The notes under the pieces are model-generated. The model was not told the DNA's origin, searched no databases, and saw only the letters and a program-made list of their open reading frames with translations. A stretch of 64,000 nt of DNA from Rhodosorus marinus CCMP1338 (Eukaryota > Plantae > Rhodophyta). The translations under genes were made by a program, and so were the position numbers. Positions 21,914 through 33,780 of this stretch are shown here, piece after piece. Positions within the stretch are counted from its first letter, which is position 1. The number at the start of each line of letters is the position of its first letter. Location: positions 248,001-312,000 of the forward strand of contig JAMWBK010000007.1 of NCBI GenBank assembly GCA_029953675.1, written 5' to 3'.

Positions 21914-24157
21914 TTAGATTATGCGGAGGAGCTGGGGGAGGGAGGCCCTTGAGCGTACGTTCGGGCTTCGGGTCCAGAGCTGTGTCCGGTTTTCGCGAAT
22001 GAGGATGAAACGGTGTCCTCTTGCTGCGCCTCAGTTTTACAGCATCTATCTGGGGGGTCCCGGCGCGATCAGGTTGCCGCGTCCAACTGGGCTGAAGTAG
22101 TTAGCTGAATTTGAGCGCACCCGTACCTCCCCGGCCTTCCTCAGTGCTTTGGGCGATCTCTGCTTGTACTACATGTGAACGGAGAAATTGTAGGAGCTTG
22201 TCCCACCCAAGTTTAGGTGGGAGTTGTGGGGACGTAACTCTTGCTTGTCAAAGGTAGTGAGCCCTGTAAAATGTAACCGTATGGTAACCGTAAGCTTTAC
22301 TGGGCAGCTAACCACAGAATCACCATCAGTAGACAGCCGGTTATGAGATAGAGCTCAGCTGCCAGCCACGCACCATTGTCTTGAGGTTTGCCTATTTTTA
22401 TCCCCACTCAGTAATAACCGAAGCATACCGCACCCTCATGTGGGCAAAGCAGTCCATGCGGTGCTGTTCAGTTTCTAAATTTGTGGAAAACCGATCTACT
22501 CAATTCATGCACTTATCGTGTCCAGCGAGGCGCAAAGCACCACCCAAAAAACAAACGCAAGTTTAACTTCCATGCGTGTCGGTACCCGATCGATTGCTTG
22601 TCCAAGGTTGGAGTGAAAAGCTACCCTCTTTTGCTACCTAAAATAGATATCCCCGAAAGCGTGCTGCGCTTGATTCCATAAGATTCGAATCTCCTTCACA
22701 GCCCGGAGACATACACCACATCATCACGTAGGCAAGCAGTCCGTCGAGGGCTGAGCGGACCTCACTAAGCTGCAGTCCCAGATGCGCTGTCGCAGAGCAA
22801 AACTGAAGAGTAAGCCCCTCTCCACTCCCCCCCCCAAAAAAAACAAAAAAGGAAACATATCCACGTTCAGTCTATTTCGTTCATATTGACTGTGAAAAAT
22901 TAATTTTCGAATAAACCTTTGATCAACCTCTCGAGATGACTGCATTTTATTGCTTAACATTTGCCTAGGTACCGTCCATTTTGTATAATTCGCCGATATT
23001 AACAATCGTATTTTATTTAACTAGAAGCAATATTGCATTTTGGGATCGGAAAATACACTGTATACGTATTGTAGATATAGTTAGACTTTGTTTTACTACC
23101 GGATTGGCTTTTTTTGGTCGCTTTTTGGGAGTGTCAGGTCTTTGGCTTGTGTTCGCCATGCGGTGAGGGCGATGGGCGGTTGGTCTAGGAATAGGATTGA
23201 TGGACGTCGTTGAACACCCTTTCAAAACCGATGAAGTAGCAAGTAGTTGTGATGAGATGTACCAGGGGTGTCCGGGATGGAGCGTGAGCGTTCCATAAGA
23301 GGAAGGATGAGCGATGTCGATAAAAGTAGGATCCGCGGCGATGATGGCGTCATTGGAAAAGGGGCGATCAGTACGAGGAGAAATTATAATCACGGTGACG
23401 AGGGTGGCATTAGAGACGGAAATATTGGTAGCAGGATAAATTAATCAACAGAGATTTTCATGGAACGTGTGTGGGGTAGAGACCGACCACTGTCAGGGAT
23501 GTACGCCGTTTGTCCAACATCCAGGGGAGCGTTCACGGCGGATTTGAAGGTCCGCGTCAAAATGGTGGGCCGCCGCTGCCAGTCTACCAAGTAGAAAACT
23601 CCCTGCTTCCTCATCCGTTTCCATCAAGTACTAAGAAAACCCCGGGTCGATTAAGAGCCGTGTGCAGTATGTAATCGGCTGCGTCACACCGGCTTGTTCC
23701 GCTTTTCGTCGAGGTCTCCGGGTTCGTTGAGGGTTTCGAAGTGCAGCCTGGCTTCCGGGCTGTCTTCGCTAAAGGGATGCGACTCACTCGCGCTTCCCCT
23801 CTTTGCTGAGCCATGCGTGGGTTCCCGGGAAAACCTTGTGTTGTGCTTTTCTACGCCGCCCTAGTCTTAGAGGTCCATTCTCTCGGTCTAGCAAAGCCTG
23901 CTTCCTCCCAGGGTTGTTGTCTCTGAATCAACGATGATTGTTTTTGAGTCAGCAATCGATCATTGAGCTTAATCTTGTATTAATTCATTGCCACCATAGC
24001 CGCGTTCCTGGATTGGAAGGTGGTCGACACGTTCTCATGAGATAGTTGCAGTCTCTTAGCTTTAGCTCAGAAGAACAGGGGTAGAGACGGGACTCCCTAT
24101 TTTCCCTTACCATGACAATACGAGCAAATGGCACGGAAACCGAAGCGAACGACAGCC

Positions 24158-24519
24158 TGTCATTTGATAGAGAACGGTTAGCACGTCCCAGGTGCCCACC
24201 TGGGTACTGCCTCAATTATTCCAGGATTCAAGGTATACTTCCACCTAATTACTCCCTAATTAGGTAGTTTATCCCAAAACTAATTTTCCATTTCTAACTC
24301 TGGTTCTTCTTCCTTACTTGTTTTCTTCTCTACCTTCAAGCTAACCTCGAAAGCATTGGGGATTCCATTGTCTTTATACCCTTACTTCAAGGGGATATGC
24401 AATGCCACCGAGACTAAAATAAGTGTTGTACTTCCATAGATTCTGGCACAGTCCGCGCATAATTTAGTTCAGCCGGATATTGCTGCAAGGTTGAACTTGC
24501 TTCGAAGGCTGAGACGTCA
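24158..24519 (-). repeat. 3' LTR of the chromovirus
   Basis: tg...ca bounded; direct repeat of 27764-28065 (for example cgtcccaggtg.ccacctgggtactgc, aattactccctaattaggtagtttatcccaaaactaatttt, ctgagacgtc). Confidence 0.75.
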
Positions 24520-27500
24520 GATATCCCTCCCACCGAACAAGAAGCGCGGGGTCGGGCAGATTCAGCAGCGCGATGAAAATTAGTGTAGTATCGAATCTGC
24601 TTCTTCGTACTAGCAGTTTGTGGCAACTTATGGGCCGCGAACCATCGAGCATCGGCTACAGTTTCTCCATCAAAGTAAACCAGGTACTCGCTGGTGTTGT
24701 ATGGTTTCAGCCGATGTCCAAGTACTGACGTTACTATTCCGGTCGGTGATTCCGTCGTGAAACTGGGCATTTCATTTTGAACATTGTCGTGGACTCCAGT
24801 AAATTTCCTCAGCAGGGGAACGTAGGATGTATATCCATCTCAGCGGGTAACGGTAGCGTGTCAGCAAGAGCATTCACCTTACGTGCGACCTTGAAAGGTC
24901 CCATGTACCGGGGTCTGAAAGGTTTCGGATCGCGTAGCCGCAGGTTTGTTGTCGATAACAGCACCAATTCGCCAGTGGAAAACTCCGGGTCGCGCCTACC
25001 TGCATCATATCGTACTTTCTGTACTTGCTTAGCATAAAGCATGTTATTCCGCGCCTCCGTGTATTCATCGTGTTGATGTCGTAGCAAAACTTCAGCTGCG
25101 TCAGGAAGCGGAGAAGGGGGAGCCTCCTCGGCACGTGGTACAATTAATGTCCCTAGTAGGTCGGGATTGCGCCCATACAAAAGTTCAAAAGGTGAGTACT
25201 TCGTCGCTTCAGATATTTGAGTGTTGTACACCAGCTCCGCCATGGGTAGATCCGGGGCCCAGGTTGCTTGGTTGCACCTCAAATACGTCTCCAGAGTTTG
25301 GTTGACCCGTTCAGTTTGTCCATCCGTCTGGGGATGGTGCGCAGTGCTCATGTTGGTTCTTACCCTCAACAGCCGCATAAGTTGTTGCCAGAATAGACTG
25401 GTAAACTTCGAGTCACGGTCGGAAACAATCGTGCGGGGTAGTCCTGCCTAAAGCGTACCCAGTTCCGGAGGGAGATTTCGGCTGTTATGCGCTCGTCTGC
25501 ATCAGTGCGCGGCAAACTTCGCTTCGCGTACTTCGAGAATCGCTCGAAGATTACCAAGATTGCGTCATGTCCAGATTCCGTCATCGGGAGACTGACAATG
25601 AAGTCCATCGAGATGTCCTGCAGCTTCTACTCGGGTACCGGCAGAGGCTGTAGAAGCCCTTGAGCTGCTCTTAGAGGTTTCTGTCTCACAGGTTCTGATG
25701 AAGGATTGGACGTCATCTCGTAGAGTTCGCCGGTAGTAACGCTGTTTCAGAAGGTTGACAGTTTTTTGGATGCCGAAATGACCTCCGGTAGGTTCCTGAT
25801 GATGACTCCGCTACATGTCGGGTACGAATTTCTGCGGCATACAGATGCAATAATGCTTGTATAGGGTGTCCTGCTTCCTGCGAAAGCCCTGCGCCGCATA
25901 CTTCGCTGCCTCCGGAAATACTGCTGCAAGCTCAGGGTCCCGCAGGTACGCTCAAGGCCAATCCTAATGGGGTATGGTTCCAGAAATCGCCAATTGGTTG
26001 ATAGCTCCTCGGCTGAGAGGATCTGCTATATTCTCCGCTCCCTTTTTGCACTGGATGTCAAATGAAAACGCAGTAGTCGGTTGACATATCGGGCCTCCTT
26101 CTGGTCCCCCAAAACTCATGCGGTACGGTCGTTGCGATGTTGGCTCTGCCCCAGGTTTCAAGTCGATTGCGAAGTTGACGTTTCGCCGGGGGGGTAGGTT
26201 CTTAATATCTTCTACGAAAACGTCCGCGTATTTTTCCGGGATGAATTCCTCCAGATCCTTTGCCTCTTCCCGTTGTTCTTCCGTAAATCCCTCTTCTATC
26301 TTTGGTTCCCCGGGTTCCTCCAAGGTTTGGTTACCACCAGGTTTAATTTTCTATGTATTTTTCAGGTTATTCGTAACAAATTCTTCAGGTTCTTCAGCGA
26401 CTTAAGATTCTTCAGGGAAATTTGCTTCAGGGTAATTTGCTTGACGATACTCAGGTTTTTCTTCAGGATTGTTTTCCGGGTTTTTCAGGTTTCTTTTCAG
26501 GATTAGCTTCTTCAGCTTCTTTAAGGCACTCACGTCCTTCTGGTTGTAAATTGATTTCTGCCATTTCTTCCCGTGGATATAAATAAAGTCAGGATCTGGT
26601 TTTGTATACCTTCGATTGGCAACCCTACTGTGCTCCCACCTGCAGTTGCACGTTGACCTCTCCCAAGATGTCGAAGAGGTATCAGGGTCCGCCGTGTCCA
26701 GGTTCACATATGTCGTAGGCCTAAGCCGAGTAGTAGGATCCCGAATCCCCCTTAGGACGGAATGACTGCTTCTTGTATCAACTAGCAGGGAAATTTCCTT
26801 GCCATTGACCAGCCCAGTCACCGTCAGGTCTCCTTTCATAGGAATCAGGGCGCCTTTTTCAGCAACAGTGGTGGCGTTTCCTACTGCTGCTCTCCTTTTA
26901 ACTGCTGTGTGGTAGGAGGTGCCGACTTCGAGACAGTCGGATCCCTGTCTGGATTTCCCCAACTGATCCGCTGAGTATGTCCCTTTTTACCGAAATGATC
27001 GCAGACAACGTTGGCGTAGTTACGTTTCTGCAAGGCTTGCGTTCCGGGTTGATAACTGCGACCAGATCTGGTACCTCTGCTTACGGTGGTTTGGGGCGTT
27101 GCCGTCCCGTCCTTGGCGAAAGTTTTTCCTCCCTGCTAGCATTTTGGCTGGCCATCTCAGCTCCTTCAATTTTCAGCGCCAGTGCTTGTGCCTCGTCAAA
27201 TGCTTAGTCATCGTGTCTATAAGTATACCGTATGATGTCAGTCTTCAATCCGTCCACAAAACGGTCAAACTTCTCCGAATCGGAGATCGTTCCAACTTGG
27301 ATGAGGCACTTGTTGAAATAAGCCGAGTACGCCCGACCGACGTCCGTTGGACCACTCTCGCGAGCTGTTGCTTAGCTCGGATTTTCGCGTCGGCAGGGTA
27401 AAATTGGGCCTTCCGGGTCGTCTCAAGTCCGCTGTATTTTGTCGGTTTCTGATTTTCGGGTATCAACGACAACGAATATGATGCGTCTCAAGTGAGATAC

Positions 27501-27763
27501 CCTCGGCCAGGGTAATCTTATATTCATCGTCATCCTCGGGTAGTCGCGCTAATTTAAAATATGTTCGTAAGCTGTTTAGGAACGTGCTAATCAGTAATTG
27601 CGTCCCTGCGTCCGTCGTAAGCCTTCGGTTGCGGGGCCTGGATCTTTAGGAGTGAAGACATTCTAGTTCTGGTCCCTGGGTCTCGGGTTTACTGGTTTTC
27701 TGGTTCTGGGCTCATTTAAGTTGTCCTTCAGGTTCTCTGGCTCCGGGTAGGTTCCTCCAATCG

Positions 27764-28065
27764 CGATCATGCGATGAGACCAGCTAACGCGTCCCAGGTG
27801 TCCACCTGGGTACTGCATCAATTATCCCAGAATCCAACGTTTACGGCCTATTAAATTACTCCCTAATTAGGTAGTTTATCCCAAAACTAATTTTCGTTTT
27901 AGCTAACCTCGTATTTATAAACCTTGCTTCATCAGGATGTGCAATACCGCCGAGGCTAAAATAAGCGTTGTACGTCCATAGATTCTGGCACAGCAAAAGA
28001 GCACAATTTAGCTCAACCGGATATTGCCGCAAGGTTGAACTTGCTTGGAAGGCTGAGACGTCCCA
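27764..28065 (-). repeat. 5' LTR of the chromovirus
   Basis: Diverged direct repeat of 24158-24519 with an internal deletion of about 50 bp; no TSD recognisable. Confidence 0.75.
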
Positions 28066-28428
28066 ATGATTCTACGCTCAACATCCCAGAAATGACTGAA
28101 CTTTGTTCGAAACTGTTGTAGGAGCCTTTCGGGAGCGTGGTGCAGCGCTCGAATGAAGCGCGACCATAAAAAGATCGTATACGTAGCTTCATCATCACAG
28201 ATTGTGTACGGTGAAGGTAGCTAAAACAAGTAGACAAAGTTAAGGAGGCCCTCACGCGTATGTCATGCTGAACACAGTGTTCTTGCACATCTGTCTACAA
28301 TGAACATGTTTAAGAGCACTCGCAGCGTCTCGTGCCTTACCACTGGTGCACAATTCTCGTGATAATCTTCTCCGTATGCCTACGTTACTAAGATAAAGCA
28401 GTTCGATTTTCAAACTGCTTTTCTAAAC

Positions 28429-28670
28429 GGAGAGATATCAAGGAAAGCTTGATTTACCAACGGGCGAGGTGATTCTCTGCGGTTACAACCACTCATCAAA
28501 AACACATTGAATCAGAAGGCTTACTACACACTCCCGCCTGGTCTCATAACCCTTTGATATAAAATCCGGTCCTCACTGTGCAGAAAGCCTTCTGATTCAA
28601 TGTATTGTTCATGAGCTGGAAACCACGGAGAATCACCTCGTGTGTTGGTAAATCAAGCTTTCAGCTCTCC
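28429..28670. repeat. Long imperfect inverted repeat (arms of about 85-100 bp, loop about 46 nt)
   Basis: aaagcttgatttaccaac...gaggtgattctc...acattgaatcagaaggctt (28444-28522) pairs with aagccttctgattcaatgt...gagaatcacctc...gttggtaaatcaagcttt (28585-28661); outer ggagag/ctctcc. Confidence 0.9.
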
Positions 28671-28806
28671 TCGACTTTCAAGTCGTACGTGGATTCTGGC
28701 TGGGTCTGGATTTACTCTGAGGTCGGTATCCATCTTTTTCGTTGCTCCTGCCAAGAGTCTTGGGTTCGCTAGCCTCGATTTTAGGATAAAAACAGAGAAA
28801 CTTAGG

Positions 28807-29444
28807 TAAACTCAGATAAACTCAGATAAACTCAGATAAACTCAGATAAACTCGGATAAACTCGGATAAACTCAGATAAACTGATAAACTCAGATAAACT
28901 CGGATAAATTCAGATAAACTCAGATAAACTCAGATAAATTCAGATATACTCGGATAAACTCAGATAAACTCAGATAAAGTCAGATGAGCTTATATAAATT
29001 CAGATAAACTCAGATTTCCCCAGATAACCGCAGATAACCCTATAAACTCAGATAAACTCAGATAAATTCAGATAAACTGAGATAAACTCAGATAAAGTAC
29101 GACAAACAAGGACAAACTCAGATAAACTTCCATTAACTGAGATAAAATCAGATAAATCAGATAAATGCATGCAGACCGAGATAAACGCGGATAAATGGCG
29201 ATACTACAGATAAACGGAGACAATTCAGATAAACTCAGATAGATGCGTATAAGCTAGATAAACCCAGATAAATACATTTTATTCAGATAAACTCACATAA
29301 GTTAAGATAAACTCAGATAAATACTTCTAGGTCAGATAAATACAAAATAGCTATATCAGGGAGATAAATCCAGATAGCTCAGGTGAAGGGAGAATTAAGC
29401 ATAACGTCAGATATATTCAGATAAACCTAGATAAATCCAGATAA
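28807..29444. repeat. 10-bp minisatellite (taaactcaga)n, about 60 units
   Basis: Near-perfect units at the left, progressively degenerate to the right. Confidence 0.95.
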
Positions 29445-30794
29445 TACAAATAAAGAGAGAAAAGCACATTCACACGCATAGGAACGGACAAGAGGACAGA
29501 ACTTGAAGCAACCTCATTTCAAGTACCACGCTTATAGGCACACCCCAGAGGTAACGGTTAGCTGGGGGGCGGCTCCAAGCACCTAGACATGTCTCCAAAA
29601 CATGTCGCTCACGGCAGTATCATCAGCTACTGCCGTAGGAAGAAACATGGTGTGAATCTGGTGAATTGTTCCAACAGTTTTAGCCCATCGTCGTCCGTCG
29701 TTTTGAAACTAACAACCCGTCGGCTGCCGGCGCTGATAGTGTTTGAGGAACTTTCACTGCACACCAATGCGTGGACTCGGCCCCTCCCACCACCAGCCAC
29801 CAGAAGAACATCTTTGCTGGATGTTCGGATTGGGAGGGAGAGCAGGGGTTTCGCGGCAAAAGACTACTAACAGGAGGAGTATAGAGCAATATAGAGTTTA
29901 GGGGAAGGCTTCAATTATCTCGAGAGGGGTGGGGAGGCATACGCTAGAGGAAGATGCGTGACCGAGGGGTGGTAGTCCATAAAATCGAACGGGAGAACGA
30001 AAGGTGGGAAGCCTTTCATCCAGACCAGGAAGGGAGGTTGACGAATTCATTGGAGGGAGGGAGAGAACAAACACGGTGGAGTGAAACCAATTCCAACGAG
30101 AAACAGTCTGTAGAAAGCGAAGTCATACTTTGCGGACAATTGGCTTTGTGTCGCTCTCTGGCAATATTCTAGCAGCATGCTCGCCGAGGCACGCCATCGC
30201 CGCCTGGGTTTGCACGATGTTCTCCCTAGTTTCTAGTTCCCTTTCACGCCCTGCAGTCGTAGCGCTTCAGGCTATGCTAGTAAAGCCAGTAAATCCATCC
30301 ATTTGCTTCCATTTTTCAGTCTCTATAAATTGATAGAGATTGATATATCCATTTTATATTCACAAGAGGAACTGTCAGCCTCTTCGCGTATGTGATAGCA
30401 AAACATAGAAAAAACGAGTCAGTCAGGATAAAAGGTGATTCAACTGGACAACACCCAGTCACCAAAACTGCCCCTCACCGGTAACGAGTCGCTCGTCAGA
30501 CTAATTATCGATCACCAACAATCCCTGGGAGAGAATATTGATGGGATACGCTAGTACTAAGCGATGATAGGATTTTTGTACGGCAACGGCTAGTGTCTTG
30601 AGCGCTTCCACAAGGCTATAAATACATGTCAGAAGACAAGTTCGTCATCGACGTGCAGTTAGGTCCTTTTTTTCAATACAGCGAAGTAGTATTGACGAAC
30701 GTATAGAATACAGGGATAGGCTGCGAGTTAGGGATTTTACATCTACCAGGGTTATTTAGCTCCACCCCCGCAAAAACAAACGACAAGATAAAAA

Positions 30795-30973
30795 AGACGA
30801 CGCGCGGCGAAGATCGCGCGCCTCCAATATCAAAGCAGCGTTCATACGCCACAGCAGGAAACTTGGACAGGTAGACAACGACGAGAGACGGTCAGGGCGA
30901 TCGCACGGAACAACTCCTGAAGCCAACGAGAAGGAACGGAATCCATCAACCCAAAGCACTCAAGGACCAAAGG
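30795..30973 (-). mobile_element. Diverged CRE-like RLE C-terminal fragment (second subfamily)
   Basis: PLVLECFGLMDSVPSRWLQELFR, frameshift, then DRPDRLSSL...LLWRMNAALILEAR. Aligns to copy 1 PLLIECFGLIDSVRSRWVRGIFRNDPGRLDSL...LWRSNAALFVDAR. Confidence 0.75.
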
Positions 30974-31526
30974 TGGGGGGGGGGGCGGGCATATTGGCAG
31001 CGGAAAATCCACGGGGCTCTGAGGATTGTGGATTCACATTAGCAAATCACAAATGCTCGGAACTTTATCAGCAAAATCCGCACAAACATTCACTCAGCGG
31101 TGTACCACGGACTAGGCGAGTACGCGAGGCACGCCTGGGAATTTCTATGGAAAGTTGAAAATTTTGATAATCCTAAAGTGGCCTATGGACAGAGATCGGC
31201 GTTCCCCAGAGACCGGACTTGGCTTGGAGCACAGAGGGAACCGTTTCGTTGGGAAAGTTTCACGATGAAGGCCATTGTTGCTGAATTCTTGCACTTTCTG
31301 TAAACTAGCATATATCCAAAGCCTGTCACAAGTTCATCTTTCCAGATTCGTGTTTCTAAGGCTCCAAAGTTCAGCGACAGATTCCTGGTTGGAGTTGTCG
31401 TGGTTTGGAGAGGGAAAATGTTGCATTTGGAAGAGAGGAAGTCCCACACGCCCAGCTTTAGTCTGGCAGCAAAACCTGCTGAGCACAGTTAGGATGCCGT
31501 CATCGTTCAATGAGCTTGCACGGAAA

Positions 31527-32010
31527 CGCGACGATGACACGTCATGCGGCTTGGAGCTGCTCCTCGCGGGCGTGGTTTCTTAACTTTTCATCGGGGGTGG
31601 GTGTGATGTTTACGCATGAGCGGCAGGAATGTTCTTGTATTGTGTTTTGAGTTGAAGCACAAGGCAACTTTTATTCTCAGCGACATAAAACACTGGAAAC
31701 CTCCAGGATCTCCTGGGAGCTCTTTCTTGCAACTGACCAACGCCTTCAGAATGAAACTGATGCAAGCACGGGAAGATTCTCATTTTTTCTCGACTGGGTC
31801 GACCTCCGTGATACATATGGAGCACTCAAACGTGGCTCTGCCCGTGCAAGCTGATTGAAACCCTCACATGGCATAACGACCATGACAGGGTCACGCAGCT
31901 TGGAGGCTGGATGTGATGTTCACGTATGAGGGGCAGGAATGTTCTTGTATTGTGTTTGAGTTGAAGTACATGGTAGTTTTAATTTTCAGGTTATATAGAA
32001 AGTTGGAAAC
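31527..32010. repeat. Local direct duplication (about 31527-31700 vs 31876-32010)
   Basis: Shared tgtgatgtt.acg.atgag.ggcaggaatgttcttgtattgtgttt(t)gagttgaag.aca.gg; the left copy has an extra segment of about 40 bp. Confidence 0.8.
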
Positions 32011-32040
32011 AAGTTGTGTGTTGTTCTTGTTTTGATAGAG

Positions 32041-32565
32041 CTAAGAGACTATGGACATATCTTCCATCGCCCAGTACCCGGGATCGCTGAGAAAGCCGCT
32101 TATCGGGCAGCTGTCGTCGCTGAGTCTGAACTCGGATTCTTGTTGGAACTGTGTCTCAAGAATGACATCAGCGCAGAGTGTTTCGGCTTCTTCGAGTAGC
32201 TCGTTCACGGGCACAGAAGGGTACTCCACGAGGACATCGTCTGACAGGAAGCTCACCACGCTGCTCAGTGACCTCCGCCGAGACGTCTCCTCAGCTGGAG
32301 CGTGCCATCTCATGTGGTTTCTGAGCCCCGACCTCCATCGAAAACTCTTATCGCAGCTCTGAATCTTGCATCTGTATGGTCGCTCATCATTGTGCACCCT
32401 CATGTGTACTTTCCTATCGTATTTCCTAGTGAACTTCTTCCCACACCTCTTGGCATCGCAGGCGTACTTCCTCTCCTCCACATATGAAGAATCGTTGCTC
32501 ATATCCATCCTTGCAATCCTTGATATTTGCACTTCAAAAACCCCATCTACCTCTTGACTCCACAT
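32041..32565 (-). CDS. C2H2 zinc-finger protein (2 fingers), paralogue of 18995-20083
   Basis: YACDAKRCGKKFTRKYDRKVHMRVH-NDERPY-RCKIQSCDKSFRWRSGLRNHMRWH; shares an LSS.(L/V)SF(V/L)S motif with the paralogue. First ATG 32565 (alternative 32508). Confidence 0.85.
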   Translation of the reverse strand: MWSQEVDGVFEVQISRIARMDMSNDSSYVEERKYACDAKRCGKKFTRKYDRKVHMRVHNDERPYRCKIQSCDKSFRWRSGLRNHMRWHAPAEETSRRRSLSSVVSFLSDDVLVEYPSVPVNELLEEAETLCADVILETQFQQESEFRLSDDSCPISGFLSDPGYWAMEDMSIVS

Positions 32566-33549
32566 CACTGCCCACACCGTATCCCTAAGAAGCCGCAGTC
32601 CCCGCTCTTATATCCGCGGCAAACGGACTAAGACCCGCTACGAAAAGTGTTCAGCACGTTATACTCTTCTCCGTTTGTTTTCGTGACATGCTTCACACAA
32701 TCAGGCACCAACAAAGAAAGTCCTCCAAGTCCATCCCGCACAGCACTCCTCGATCCGTCCTAGTGAACGCAAAAGGAAAAATAAATAAACAAAAAATCCA
32801 ACTCACACACCCCCTCGCGCCTCCAAAAAAAAATCTAAACCCCCCCAACACAAACTGTTCCTGCCAGATAAAGCCTAACACGAAAACAAAAAAAAACAAA
32901 AAATTGTACAATAATGACGGTCCATAGCGGAAAACAAGAAAAAGCGGAGTTTTTCGAACGGAATCCTCCATCTTCTTTGTGCCCTCAGCAGTTGGCCAAC
33001 ACCTTCCTCCTTCCTCTCAACAGACTCTTTCACATCCCCGACCGGAACGCAAGGCCAAGATGGCGTTCTTCCGAGAAAACTATTTATGGAAATACCCTCC
33101 TTTTTATAAATCAAAACAAAACAACATGTTCTTCAGCAAAGCAAGTACGAAGATATCTTTCACTTTTTTCGACTAAACACAAAATATTTGTTTGATCCGC
33201 AATATTGAAAATCCGTATTTTATAGACCACTGCTTCCCTTTCAACAAACATTTAAAACGGAAATAATTTCTTATAGTATCGACATCCCAGGGTGCAGTAT
33301 TTGCCCATGAAAATATAAATAAACTCGCGCATTGTGAATGGCTAAAGGAACAATCAAGTACTTCCATCAACCAATAGATGACCCTGTACCATCTTCGTTG
33401 GCCAATGGTATGTAGAATTGGTCTTGTCGTAATTTTATCGAACTTTGTTTTGATACGGGGAATAGAATGTAACCAGTGAGAGTTACTTTTCGAGGTTAAT
33501 CTTTTTTTAGAAATCAGTATTTTTATTTTTTATTAACTCGAAAAAAAGG

Positions 33550-33780
33550 ATGGCCCGGTACTAGGGGACGACGTCTGCGTTTTACCTCATCTCCACAACT
33601 GTTCGTTCATAGTGAGTAAAATAAAAAAAATCATTTTTCAATATATTTCGCCCGGACTGGCTTGAAAAATTTTTAAATGGCCCGGTACTAGGGACGACGT
33701 CATCTCCACAACCGTTCGTTCATAGTGAGAAATAAATCATTTTCAATATATTTTCACCGGACTGGCTTGAAATGTTTTAG
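33550..33780. repeat. Tandem duplication (127-bp + 104-bp copies)
   Basis: atggcccggtactaggg(g)acgacgtc...ccggactggcttgaaa starts at 33550 and 33677. Confidence 0.9.

Larger units (their letters stand above)
24158..28065 (-). mobile_element. Ty3/Gypsy chromovirus LTR retrotransposon, degenerate, RT/RNase H deleted
   Basis: Gag remnants; knuckle DHFGKKGH; protease LLVDTRSSHS; RT start FAIDLKPGAEPTSQRPYRMS fused to RNase H end FDIQCKKGAENIADPLSR; integrase GHFGIQKT, MDFIVSLP, STAHHPQTDGQTERVNQTLE, SPFELLYG, GPFKV; chromodomain VLGHR...EYLVYFDG...ARW. Two LTRs; PPT-like ggtgggagggata next to the 3' LTR. Confidence 0.9.

Noticed and set aside
28807-29444. 10-bp array as interstitial telomeric repeat
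   Set aside because: No G-run strand asymmetry, and it does not resemble telomere motifs I know.
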